Below, in pieces: positions 36,923 to 49,654 of a stretch of DNA of 64,000 bases. The notes under the pieces are model-generated. The model worked only from the letters and a program-made list of their open reading frames with translations. It made no database searches and was not told where the DNA came from. Source of the DNA: Oikopleura dioica (taxonomy: Eukaryota > Animalia > Chordata); the NCBI GenBank assembly GCA_907165135.1, contig OU015570.1, forward strand, positions 186,001 through 250,000. Reading direction: 5' to 3'. The stretch's first letter is position 1, and every line of letters starts with the position of its first letter. Both the position numbers and the translations under genes were made by a program.

Positions 36923-39900
36923 GTGAGGAGTTAAAATAGGGTTCATGCCTAAAAAAATAAAATTTCTTAGAATTGAACAGGGGCTTTTACCGAGAAACGT
37001 TTTCAGCGGATTATGTTTGTTCCAAAATCTTTTTGATCCACTAAATCCGCGGAAGAGAAACTTAAAACTACTTTTAAAGCTGACCAACCTAGTTTTCCAA
37101 TTTTTTTCTGAGTCAGTTGCTAATAATTTTTTGAATATGTCTTTGCACACAAGAGAGGAATCGTAAATTTTCTGATCTAACTGAGCTGAAGAGGATGTGT
37201 GGCTCGAGTGATCTCCATTTGCCCAAATGCCGGTTCCCAAATCGCCGTTTACCCAACCTGGGGGTGGCGGGCGCCCAGGTTCACAATCGGTTGATTCACA
37301 ATTTCGTGAACCCGGTTCACAATTTTGTGAACGTGGTTCACAATTTTGGTAAAAAAGTGACTCAAGTTGACTGAAAGCGCGGTTGTAGAGAAAGCTCATT
37401 ACGTCAAGAATGTGAACCGGGTTTTTCTTTATCCGCAATTCTGTTTTCTTTATCCTCAATCCTGGCTTCACCGACTCCAATCTAGGCTTTTCCAACGTCA
37501 ACCCAATTTAAGAAAAACTATGATTAACAACTGAGAAGCCGGGACTGACGGTATGAGAGGCCAGAAATGACGTCTGAAAAGCCAGGATCGAAGTTGTTTA
37601 ATCCGGGATTGATCTTGGTCAAGCCAGAATTGAAGTTTGTGAAGCCAGGATTGAGTGTGGAGTACCCAATAACTAAAGTTAAATGATCAATCAATTTAAA
37701 TTAATTCACGTCGCCGTTTGCCCAAGTCGCCAATTCCCCAAATTTGGCAATCGGATATCTCTGGTAAACGGCGACTAGGAAAATATTTTCCCGGAAAACG
37801 GTGACTACTAATCAGCTTAGCCCTGCTAACAATATAATGCAAAATTTATAATTTTAAATAATTGACAATTTGTCAATATAAGCTTCTTTAAAAACATTAA
37901 AATGATATCAGCAAAGTTCTTTAAAGTGCAAGCTTAGTTCAATAAGCAAAATTTTTACTTAAGCTGTCGCTCAAGCTAATAATGGTAGAACATTAAATCG
38001 GCGCGCCTCGCTCGCCCAGCCCCTCGCCGTGCCTATTTTTGAGAATCCCGGTAAATTCGAACGGATAAAGCTTTTTCCAAAATTACTTCAGAATTTGGAT
38101 AATCAAAGCCTTAACTCTTCACAAATCAAAAATAAGCAGAATCGCAAGATAACAAATCGAAGAAAATCACATGAGTTGGTTAAACTCTATCACCTCTCGC
38201 AATTCTTATCCGATTTTTTCGAAAGTTGGATGAATCTGTAGTGCTCCGTCCGACCAGAAATTTCGTAGTCTCAGATTTTAAATAATTCTGGAATTTATAT
38301 CTTTACAGGTTGACTTCGTTAATAGATCATATGATTTTGTATCGAAGGTTTTTGTTTGTTGAGAGAGGAGTGTGAAATTGCTAACTGAGGAAAACAGAAA
38401 AACAAAATCAAAATATGGCTGTTTTTAGTCGAGCGCCAAGGTGGCCCAAAAAAGTGCTCGACTAAAATATAAAAGATTTGAACTGTTTGATCAGATTGTT
38501 CATTTAAGAAAAGACGATATATAATAAGTAATTAAGAAATTAATAATAAAATAAAAAATTGTTCAACGTTTCTCCTTTTACTCTCGTTAGTAAGATTATT
38601 TTGCAGAACATCAAAGTATTTAAAGCATAATCATTTTTCGCGCAATTTTCGCGAAAATTTTTGGTAAAAAGCGTGGCTGCTCCTGGATCGCCCGGAATCC
38701 TGGATCGCCCGGATCCTGAATCGCCCGTTTTCCTTGATCGTCCGAATCGGGGGATTCAGGATTCCGGGCGATCCAGGATTTTAATTTTGATAAAGAACAG
38801 GCCACGACACAGATAGCCACTTCCTGGAGGTGTTGTAATGGTTTTGCAACCTATGCAAATAAGTGAACACAAGAGAAATATACAAACAACTGAGCATTGT
38901 TGGCTATGTATAAAAAGAGTAAAGTTTTTAAGCTTTTATTTGATCTTTTTTCTGAGAGAGCAAAAGTGAGAATGACTGTGAGAGAGATGGTGAGCGGTTT
39001 TTATAGTTTTTCAAATTTTCGGGTTCCCAGTAGATTTATCGGCTGTTATTCGATCGTATCGTTTTCATCGAATTAATTGAACATGAACGAATAATTCGTT
39101 TCCAACGGATTTTGTCACTGGAAAAGGAATAATTCCATTTTAGCGGATTAATCGGATTACAAGCATCAGGACGTGAGGATAATTTGAAGAGCGGCGTTTT
39201 AAAACGGATTATTTGGTTTTTCAGGAAGGGCGCGCCTTTTAGAGTCGATTATTTCGCCAGCGCTAGTGCGCCATCATTTTCACTTACGCGCCGTGCTCGC
39301 GTGGCAAGCTTTGCTTTGCCCCGCGGCGTGATCGTAATTAGAGCAATTCTGTAAAACCACTACATATTCTTCCCTCTTCTTTTTGAGCGGAGCGTTCTGG
39401 TAAAGTTTGAAGAAGGAGCGGTTTTGAGCGAGTAGGTTCTTTGGAGATTTGAGCATCTTCAAAGAAGATTTCCATGAAAGAAGGAGTCGAATGCGTCAGA
39501 AGTTGCTGGGTCCATATCATCATTAAGAGTGGCTTGACGTAGGCTATCCTGCATACTGATAGTTTGTTTTGCTTCAATTTGAAAGTCATTGTTGTTGTTC
39601 TGAGCAGGCGACACATTGACAAGATCGTATTCACGAGCGGGGGAATTCCAACGTTTGTCCAAATTTCCTTGCTCTGAGTTGTTGATCGGAGCTTCAGGGG
39701 CTTGGTAGACTTCCAGGGCAATCTCTTAAGATCTCGTTATATTTTGAATACTTCCGGTTTTCTACTTGTCTCTGAGCCATTTTCGATCTCTTATGAGTGG
39801 CGTTTTTCTCGGAAGCGGAGGCGAAAGAGCATTTTTTTCGATCAACGAATCAGGAAATTGAGCGCTTTTACGTAAGATTCGAGAGTCGGGAGGCTTGCAT

Positions 39901-40147
39901 ACTCTTCCCTCTTCTTTTTGAGCTTTTGAATCTTCTGAGCGATTTGTGTCTGAGCGAATTGTTTGAGCAAACGATTCCTAGAGCGAGCAAATTTTAGCTG
40001 AATCGTCTTTTTGAGCAACTTGATCTTGATCGTTTGAGCAGATGAATCCATGAGCGAGCAGAATCATTTTTAGAAACTTGATCTAAATCGTCTGAGAAGA
40101 TGAGTCCATGAGCGAGCCGAATCATCCTTGAGCAACTTGATTATGAA

Positions 40148-40516
40148 TTATCTGAATGTGACAAAGCAACTGCACGCATTGCTTTGCATCTTTGGAGGAG
40201 TGGACCAAGGTTCAGAAAAGCGGTGTCCATCGTGTGCGCAATTGATAAACACATTAGCTGGGTTATGAGAACACAAGTCCAAAGAGGCCTGTATGAAACT
40301 TCTGCACAGCAAATGAGCGGGACTGGATTCCCTTTGATCGAGCGAGCGGGGATGACTTCGAGCTTTGAAGTGAGCCGATCCAGTGTGCATAAACATTGCC
40401 GAAGTTTATGATCCAATGTTTGAGCTTCAGGTTAACCTTTTGAGAACAGGACTTCTTATCACAGATTTTGAGCGAACTTCGTAAATAAGTGTGAACGTGA
40501 GCAGGAACAGGAGCAT
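40148..40516 (-). pseudogene. Post-pol ORF remnant: signal peptide plus Cys-rich segment
   Basis: MLLFLLTFTLIYEVRS starts just after the pol stop; Cys-rich text follows in shifted frames. Confidence 0.4.
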
Positions 40517-40976
40517 AAGTTTAATGGTTTGATCATCATCGTCGTGAGCGAAGGCGATATTTCCATTTAGGAGCTTGAACTTGAAGTCCATCATCTCTAT
40601 CAACAGGCTCATGTTGATCTTTATGAGGGCTTCTGATACTTTGATCTTCTTTCTTATCATTATGAGCAGGAACTTGAGCAAGATCATGATCGAGCTGATT
40701 TTCTTCCGCTTTTTGATCAGTCTTTTCTTTGACGACAAACTTTGTTTGATTTTCAGCCGTTTTGAGTCGGAGCGGTCGGATCAGGCTGATGTGTCGTCGA
40801 TACTCTTTCTTCGTTAGCGGGCACTTGACAATGGAACTATCCTTGGAGATCCTTTTCTGAATTCGATAAGGACCTGACCAGTGAATCCCAAGTTTTCCAG
40901 AGAACAGATCCGGTTTCCAGCAGAGAATCTCGAGCATAGGGCAGTTATTCTTGTCTCTTTTAAGGAGCTTCTGGTA

Positions 40977-41974
40977 CAGTGAAACCCCAACTTAAGGCCG
41001 AGCAACTTAAGGCCACTTTTTTGAAAATCCCCGAAATCTGTCATCCGAAAAAAAACCAACTTAACCCCTGCCCGCATATCGACCTACGCGTAGGTAAATT
41101 TACTTTTAAACGACATTTGTTCACATTTGACATTTGACATTTGAAATTTGATCATGTCCAGGAGATAGCTCAGCCTTTAATCTTTCCATTTATGTCCTTT
41201 CGAAAATTTTATCACGACTGAAAGACCCTCAAAAAGCCCGACCTACGCGTAGGTCAATATGCGGGCAGGGGTCACAAATTTTTCATGCGAGCAGGGGTTA
41301 AGGCCACTTTTTTTTCAATTTGTAGCTGCTTGATTTCTACATCCTCGGGAAAAAAATCTTTCCTCATTTTTGGTATGAAATTAGCGAGTCTACGTGTTTT
41401 GATTTTGATTTTCCTTTTTCCGTATTCTTCCTTTATCTTCTCTTCGAATTGCTCCATTGATGAAATCTTCGATTTATGAGACATTTGAAACCTTCGTTTC
41501 GATTTAGAATCCAAGATTTTGAACCGCTGATCATAAAGTCGAGAAAATGTCCGCGTCGGAATGGCTTTTCCATTATGTACCTTTCGAAATAGCCCATTGA
41601 TAATCTTCTTTGCATCACTCTTCTTCGGCGTCTTTACTTGAATCTGTGCATATTTTTTTTCTCGGCCAATGTCATGTGGATTCTCTTTTCTTCTTGCGAC
41701 ATGTTTGCAACAAATTTATTTTTAAGAGAATGAAAAAATAACCTTAGGTTTGATTCAAATAGCGCATTCAGTTTTTACAATTCATACTTGGTTCGTGCGA
41801 GAAATCTCTGATAAGACCCTCCGCCTTTCATTTTTGATTCCCATGATTTAGTCCCTTACTCCAGAAATAGAAAAATTTTAGCGTCATCCAACTTAGTTGG
41901 AGAATCACCCAACCTAAGGCCACTTTTCAAATTAGCTGTCATCCAAAAAGTGGCCTTAAGTTGGGGTTTCACTG
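40977..41974. mobile_element. Tc1-like non-autonomous element in integrase, containing a piggyBac-like MITE (41065-41297)
   Basis: TA|CAGTGAAACCCCAACTTAAGGCC at both ends; inner TTAA|CCCCTGC..GCAGGGG|TTAA. Removal restores QQYQKLLKR. Confidence 0.85.
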
Positions 41975-44805
41975 TATTGTTGAACTTGGAAATTGAGCAG
42001 AGCAGGATGTAGAGTCTTTATGTATTGATTGATAGTTTTGATGAAAGATTCCGAGGTATCGGCGGCAGTTTCTTTGAGCGAGAACGGAACGTGAAATTGT
42101 CGTCCGAATACACACTGATTGCTTGACAATCCATCAAGGCTTCCTTTTGGCGAATTATTGATGAAGTATTGAGCGAGCGGCCAAAATTCAGACCATGAGC
42201 AATTTGTAGCGAGCTGGGCTTTGAGCTTTTGATTGAGTTCACGGTGGATTCTTTCGCATTTTCCATTTGATCTTGAGTAATAAGCAGTTGTGGTGATGTG
42301 TTGAATTTCGAACCGATTAAGGATTGATCTTGTTTTTGGTCCGAATTCTCTGCCATTGTCTGAGATGCAATATTGAGAAACTCCATGGCGAAGGATGATT
42401 CGTAGAAGAGCTCGGGCGACCAGGTTGTCGGATTTGTTTGAGAGGGGCTCACCGTCCAAGTATCTGGTGAGACTGTCGACGCATGTGAGCAGGTATCGTT
42501 TACCTTGAGCATCCGGTCGTCCATAGTCTACGAGATCAATGAAGACTGTTTCGAAAGGTAGTTGAGCAAATTGTCGGTCTTTGATGAGCGATGGTCGAAG
42601 ACTCTTGAGCGGTTTGAGTCGGATACAAGTTTCGCACGAACTTGTAATTGAGCGAAGTGATTGTATGCAGATATTGAATAAATTCATCAGCAAGAGAACT
42701 TGGCAGAACGAGCCGATCATTTGAGTAGAACACATTGTCTCTGAGCTTGAATTGTTTCGAAGAATTGTTGATTTCTGATTTGACAATGAGATTTTTCGTC
42801 TTTGAGCAGGATCGTTGAGCAAGAGCCATTTCTTTTGAAGTGAACGAACGATTTTCAAAAGAAAATAGAACTTCATCTTGAGCGAGAGAGTGGACTGCAA
42901 ATATCGTCTCAGCGACATCAAAGAAATCTTTTGCTTCATCCTCCAAGTCGAAGCTTTTTGATCTTGAAAGGCGTGAGAAGTAGTCAGCTGAAGCCATTTC
43001 CGGACTAGTTCCACTTTTATGAATGATGTTGAAGTTGAATCCAAAAAGATAATTGTAAACATTGCACAATTTTATGTCGAGCTTTGACTGTCGAGCTTCT
43101 CGAAACAAGTAGAGCAGTGATTTATGATCGACGTACGCATCGAATTCAGTGTTGAGCAAATAGTATTCGAAGAACTGGATACCCCAACAGAGCGCAAACA
43201 ACTCTTTGATACGCATCGGCCGTTTCAGATCGGGCCCTTGAAGTTGTTTACTGAAGTATCCAAGTGCAGCGAGCTAGCCATTTTGGATTTGATAAAGGGT
43301 TCCACCGACCGCGAATCCTGAGGAATCTGTCACAAGGACGAGCTTTGATCCAAGTTTGAAGTGAGCTAGGGTCGGTTTCTTCAGAAGTTTGTCTTTGATC
43401 GTTTCGAATGCCTTTTGATGCGTCTCAGTCAATTGGTAATCTACCTTTGCGGAGGTGAGTCTGTAGAGCGGAGCAAGGATCTCACTTCCTTTTTCAATAT
43501 ACTTTATATTGAAATTGATCATTCCAAGGTATCTTTTGAGTTCGGCTTTTGTCTCAGGAGGATTCATCTTCTCGATTGCTTCGATATGTTTCTTGAGAGG
43601 TTTGATTCCAGAGGCGGTCACGCGATGTCCAAGAAAGTCGATCTCATTACTTGCGAGCTGGCACTTTTTCGCACTCAGTATGAGCCCATAATCCAAGCAC
43701 GTTTTGAAGACAAACTCGAGCGAGTTGAGATGTTCTTCACAGCTGAAGTCAATGATGACGAGATCATCAATGTAGAGCGTGATTGATGGGTGGTTCATTA
43801 GCGTCATCATGATGCGACTAAATGCAGCAGGTGCATTGCAAGAGCCATAGAGCATTCTGTTTGCTTGGAAGTGTTCGTTGTTGTATGAGAAGGCAATCTT
43901 GTGAGCATCACTTTTATTGATCAGGACTTGCCAATAGCCTCGGAGAAAGTCTACTGAGCTGATTAAACATTCTTTGCCTTCACTTAGGCGTTTGCCGATC
44001 CTTGTGAAGACTGTTTGCATGTGTGGGAGCGGAAAGCGATCTTTGATTAGAAGTGAATTGATTCCTCGAGCGTCGAGACTTATTCGAATTGTTTGATCAG
44101 GTTTTCGAAGGATGATCAAAGGAATGTTGTGAGCGGATTGAGTTTTCTGAATGACTTTGAGCTGTTTCCATTTCGTCATCGCTTCATCGACTTGATCTTG
44201 AGAGTGAATTGGTATTGGTCTTGGAGGCTGGTGAGAAGTTTTGGATTCATCGTAGAGCGGAAGGGTGTAACGAAATCCAAACAGTCGTCCAAGATCGTCC
44301 GAGTCCATTGAGAAGCTAAGCCGATATTTGTAAACAAGCTCATCCAATTGAGCCTTTTGAACATTGTTTGCTGACCCGTATGATTAGATGTCGGGTTTGA
44401 AATTGATCCTATCGGCGGCTTCTTAACGTTTTTGGAGGAACTCATCGTATTCCTCCTTTTCAGAGCCAGATTTTCTTTCCACCTCTATAATTCCTGTGAG
44501 AAGCAGATCTGAGGAATTCGGATTGATCGTGGGGATAGATTTTCCTTGGAGAGTTATTTCTCCAATCGTAACTTGCTTGAGCGCATCCATGCCAAGAATG
44601 ATCGGGCACGAGAGATTTTGAACAATGAGCGGGTTGAGTTTGATCTTGAGTGGCGATCCATTTCTTATCAGGTTTGCTTCGATCGTTGAGCTGAGCGTAC
44701 TGACTTGAACGATTTCTGAATTCGCACACTTGAGCCATATATGAGAGGGTGTTTGTTTATTGACGTGAGCTCGAAGTAGGTCGATTACATCGGAGCGAAA
44801 GCAAG

Positions 44806-45176
44806 GGGTGACCCTCCTTTCGTCAGGAAAATTCTTGTATCCTCCATTCGTCAGGAAAGTCCGCCAATTTCCTGACGAATGGAGGATGAGAGTTTCTAGA
44901 ATCTCCAAGCACATGTTTTCCTACAAGAGATTGACTATCAAAATTACGAATTTAGTGGGAAATTCGTTCTATTTAAAGTAATTTTGGATAAAAATAATTT
45001 TTTTGAACATATAATTGGGAATTAACTCAACCCTAACCCTTTTTAAAGAAACAATAATAATTTGTTAAATCAAGGGAAAATCATTAGAAAACGAGTTTCA
45101 AGAACATCCTCCATTCATCAGGAAAATCCGCCAGTTTCCTGACGAATAGAGGATTTCCTGACGAAAGAAGGGTATC
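44806..45176. mobile_element. Mutator-like MITE in the protease gene
   Basis: 9-10-bp TSD (C)GAAAGCAAG; TIR ACCCT(C/T)CTTTCGTCAGGAAA. Removal restores TCFRSDV. Confidence 0.8.
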
Positions 45177-45289
45177 CGAAAGCAAGTTCGGCTACATCCG
45201 GTGTCAATAAGAGCGGGAAAGGTTTGTCCGTGGAGCGTGATCTTGACATATTTAAGCGAGGTCGGTGCAAAATGAGCAAATTTACACGT

Positions 45290-46638
45290 TTCGGTGACCT
45301 TTGATAGCCTTTGATCAATTTCTTTATGTGAGCGGGAACATCATCAGAGTGGATGTATTTGCACTTTGATCCAAATTTACACGATCCTCTTTTGACAAAG
45401 CTGATGCAGAATCCGTCGAATTTCGCAGTGTCGATTCTGTTTCTCTTCCGCTTTGGCTCTTTTGGCTTTGGCTGATCCTTTTTGACTGCTGAAGACACGA
45501 TCTCTTTCAATTTTGAGCAGAGCATTGAAACTTCAGAGCTTTGTGTCGGTGAGGATTCTTCTGCAGTGAATACAGTTTCTTTTTTAAGGAACGATCTTTC
45601 AAGTTCAGTGCTGCGTTGAGCGATGTTTTTGAGGGTTAGCAAGGATTTCTCTCTTCTGAGCAGCTCGCATAGTCGCGGTTCTCGAGCGTTGATGAACCTT
45701 TCGCAAATTATATTTTCGTCGGCTGGATCCAATGTTTCTTTGCCGTATCCTTTTTTAAAATAGCAAATTTATTTGCTTAAAGCCATGAACTGTGATTTAC
45801 TTCCTCTTTGAAAATTGTTGTACTGGAACTTAAAATGTTCCGAGTCTTTGCCGAGGACCAGAGTGAGCTTGTTTTTGAAGGCTTCCCAGCTTTTGAGCTC
45901 TTCAGCTGAGATGGATTCGATCAGTGCGCTTCCGGTCTCTTCTGTCAACAGCTGAGCGAGGCTGACTTGTATCAGATTTTCTTTTGTGAGGCCGTTGCAG
46001 AACTTGTAGATTTCCATTGATTTTAACCAATTTTGTATGGGGACCGTGGGGTCAAACTTCGGAGTCTTGATCTTGAAGTTATCGCCCTTTTTTGGTTCGT
46101 GTCGGGATCTTGACCGTTGTTTTGGAACCTTTGGAACTTCTCCCTCATTTTTGTGGTTTTAATCAAGAGTCTTTTTCTTGATTTTCGGTTCATTCTTCGG
46201 AGCTGATCGTTGATTCTGTCGAACCGTTTCATCGAGTTCACTCCAGTCAATAGAGTCTGGAAGAGATTCTTCCGAGCTTTCATTGTCAGTGGCTTCTTCC
46301 ATTTTCATGGAGATCATGAGCTCGGCAAGTGTTGTGGCTTGAGCGGATACCAGGATTTGCCTGATCTCCATCTTGTGATGCCTCTTAGCGAACTTCTGAT
46401 CTACCTCGTCACTTCCGTCATCATCATGGAGATAGTTTGTGAATTCACCTTCCTCGTTGAACACGAACTTACTATTTTCGGCGAAAAACTCCCCATCTAA
46501 CTTGTTGATATTCAGAACGATTGATGACTTATCTGTGATAGGGAGCTGTGGAGGACACGTTTGATTAGAAACATGGTCGTAGATCTTGAGCAATTCTTGT
46601 CTGTTCAGATCAGCAGCAAGTTTGTAATATCGAGTCAT
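45290..46638 (-). pseudogene. gag: gag (one frame, two premature stops) ending in a CCCH zinc finger
   Basis: ORFs 46638, 46017 and 45732 are in the same frame; CISFVKRGSCKFGSKCKYIH. Confidence 0.9.
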
Positions 46639-47289
46639 GTTTCTTTACAGCAGCTCTTTTCTATCGTGATCTCTTGATGGGCGAAGCGTTTTTCTCAGTC
46701 ACCAAATTTGTAATGGTTTTGCAACCTATGCAAATAAGTGAACACAAGAGAAATATACAGACAACTGAGCAATGTTGGCTGTGTATAAAAAGAGTAAAGT
46801 TTTTGAGCTTTTATTTGATCTATTCTCTGAGCGAGCAAAAGTGAGAATGACTGTGAGAGAGATGGTGAGCGGTTTTTATAGTTTTTCAAATTTTCGGGTT
46901 CCCAGTAGATTTATCGGCTGTTATTCGATCGTATCGTTTTCATCGAATTAATTGAACATGAACGAATAATTCGTTACCAACGGATTTTGTCACTGGAAAA
47001 GGAAGAATTCCATTTTAGCGGATTAATCGGATTTCAAGCATCAGGACGTGAGGATAATTTGAAGAGCGGCGTTTTAAAACGGATTATTTGGTTTTTCAGG
47101 AAGGGCGCGCCTTTTAGAGTCGATTATTTCGCCAGCGCTAGTGCGCCATCATTTTCACTTACGCGCCGTGCTCGCGTGGCAAGCTTTGCTTTGCCCCGCG
47201 GCGTGATCGTAATTAGAGCAATTCTGTAAAACCACTATAGTGTCAAGCCGAAAGGTAAAGATGCAAGGGACCACACCGCCGGTGCGAAC

Positions 47290-48540
47290 TCCTGCAGAGA
47301 GGATTCATGCTGAAGGATTCCGACTCCCCAATATACTCTAGGCCGCACCGACATTTAAATGAATACACCACATTAATGGCCTTTTCAAATTCCGTCTTCG
47401 GCAGTAGACTAGTGATTATCGTATTACGCATCGTTACAGTAGACAATGCCGTGTGCAAATTAAATTCTGGCAAAAACACGGATATTACACCTGCGCAGCT
47501 CGCTGGTTATTCGGGAGACTCTCTGACTCGTGTAAGGAATACAGAGTGTAAAATTCCTCTCTGGATTTTCAGACTTTTCCAATTTCCAGTCTTTTTTACA
47601 GGGGTGACCATTTGGGCATTTGGCAAATCGGGCAATTTTCGGGCAAAAACGCTTTTGGGCGGGCATTTGGTCGGCTCAACGCCTGAAAATAGATGGGCAA
47701 CATTGGAAAAGTCGGGCATTTGGGCATTTTCTGGGCAGTTGGGCACCATCGGGCAGTTGGGCAAATGCCCACCGGGGAAAATCAAGAACGTGGGCGTTTT
47801 CCTGTCCGCTTATTGGTCGTTAAGCTCACAAACAAGAAAAAAGATATAAGGAGAAGGTTCTGCAAGGGTGTGTGAAGTGGACCTCTTTGGTTAGCTGTCT
47901 ACCTTTGACCTCTTAATCCTTTTGTGAAATTATCCCTACCCTTAACTCAGCCCCTTATTTGCGGAGACGGTTCTGCAAGGGTGTGTGAAGTGGACCTTCA
48001 TGGTTAGCTGTCTACCCTTGACCTCCAGATCCTTTTTAACCCTCATTTTTCCAACCCCATTTTTGAACCACTTTTTTCGAGACGGATATGCAAGAGTGTG
48101 TGAAGTGGACCTTAATGGTTAGCTGTCTATTCTTGACAACCTGATCGATCTTTTACAAAATTATTTTTAACCGCTTTTTAAATATATTTCAAACCTTCCA
48201 AATCTTCAACTGTAATAAATTATTGAGAGACATTTAAAAAATTAAAGTTTTAACAAGCCCGAAATGTCGGGAAAATTTTTGCCCGAAAAATTGCCCAATT
48301 GCCCGATTGGGCATTCTGGGCACATTGGACTGGTCGGGCATTTGGTCGGCCCTGGTCTTGATTTTTGGTATTGGGCGGGCAATTGGTCGGCCCGACGATG
48401 ATTTTTTGCCCAAATGGTCACCCCTGTTCTTGGGCTCATAAGAATCGTCATCAAAAATTGAGGGCGTTTTTCGCGGATTTTGAGAAATTCTAAAAGATAC
48501 ACCTTCAAACTGATCGGTGAAGTTTTTTAATTTCATCTAA
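47290..48540 (-). pseudogene. Penelope-like linker + GIY-YIG remnant split by a CAGGGG-TIR element
   Basis: TLCIPYTSQRVSRIT and VVYSFKCRCGLEYIGES; the frame EPKN|KKDW is restored by removing 47599-48426. Confidence 0.7.
47599..48426. mobile_element. hAT-like non-autonomous element with three internal ~110-bp repeats
   Basis: TIR CAGGGGTGACCATTTGGGCA; repeats near 47855, 47968 and 48085; no TSD found. Confidence 0.7.
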
Positions 48541-49531
48541 GATAAAAATTTGAAATGTTGGCCACAGCTTGATCATAACTCTGACCGGGGTTCATTAGTC
48601 AGGACTCACGCTGAGTCTTGCACCAAATTAGGCTAAGAGTCTGCACTGAAAAGTCTGCAGGAGTCTTTACATAGGCGGTATGATCTTTTCATTCATTGAC
48701 TACCGGCTTGGTACTTCCTGTGCCTTGAGTTTACGTGCGTAGTTATCCAACACTAATCCATACTTCCCATCGAGTAAAGTTATAGACTCTAACTTATAGT
48801 TCTTACAAAAAGAAATGAAAAAAAAGAAAAAAAATGATTCGTAATCATGGAATCCGTGGGCGATCCAGGATTTCAAAAATTCAAATTTTCAATATTTTTT
48901 TTTCTTTTTTTTCATTTCAGAATCGTCGAAAAAATTATATTTACCAGAATTATGATTTTCAGAAAAATAGTTAAAAATAATTGGGTCGTGACCATTGCCC
49001 TTTATTTGCTGGGAAAAACGAGATATTTAGAGTTTTCTAGGTTGAAACGAGGCCAAAAAATGGTGAATTTCAGGGATTTCGAGCAAAATTTTTTTTGTTT
49101 GAAATCCTGATTCTCCCTTTGAAAGAACCTAAGGTAGCTTGTAAAAAAGAGCATAAAAAGTAAAGTTGAAAATTGAAAAAAATATTAAAATTTTTGAATA
49201 GATGACATCATAGTACGTGGAAGAAGTCCAAAAACTGGAATTTCGACCTAGCTGTAGAATTTTTTTCCCAAAGCTTACGACTGACATAAGCATATCATTT
49301 GAATCAGATAAAAACGGGGATCATTTTAAGATAGAATATGTAAGGAAGAATCGACATCTACTTTTTTTTGGGCGAGCCCTACCGTATAAACTTAACTTTC
49401 TTTTTTCAACTTCACATCTTGACCAAAAATCTTCGGAATCATGTGATTCAAAAATTTTTTTTCTCATACTTAATTTTTGGAATTCTGCTTTTTGCCTGTC
49501 AAATATCTTGAATAGTTTTAATTGTATTAAG

Positions 49532-49654
49532 CGGTTGCAACGGCCACTGCACTTGAGATTCAGCGAAAAAATGATTATAAAATGACTTCTGTTGGAGTTG
49601 AACTAAGGGTTAAGATAGCAATATCGGCTGGAAAAATTTTTTGTACCCATGTAG
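49532..49654 (+). CDS. ADCY10: Soluble adenylyl cyclase exon C
   Basis: AVATATALEIQRKNDYKMTSVGVELRVKIAISAGKIFCTHVG matches human GLDIRVKIGLAAGHISMLVFG; phase fits the exon B donor. Confidence 0.85.

Larger units (their letters stand above)
40536..45290 (-). pseudogene. pol: pol (protease, RT, RNase H, integrase) with frameshifts and two insertions
   Basis: LIDTGCSRTCF; LYIDDL; VTDSSG; VFIDL..SDNG..CERIH; WSGPYRI. Confidence 0.95.
38834..47239 (-). mobile_element. Full-length, decayed Ty3/gypsy LTR retrotransposon
   Basis: Near-identical 531-bp LTRs (46709-47239, 38834-39364), GTGT TSD, PBS 46704-46695, PPT 39365-39385, gene order gag-PR-RT-RH-IN. Confidence 0.97.

Noticed and set aside
36746-37501. 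251-aa minus-strand ORF
   Set aside because: It runs across MITE repeats and is antisense to ADCY10 exon B; spurious.
47300-47850. Plus-strand ORFs such as 47307-47849
   Set aside because: They are antisense to the PLE remnant and run through GGGCA-rich subterminal repeats.
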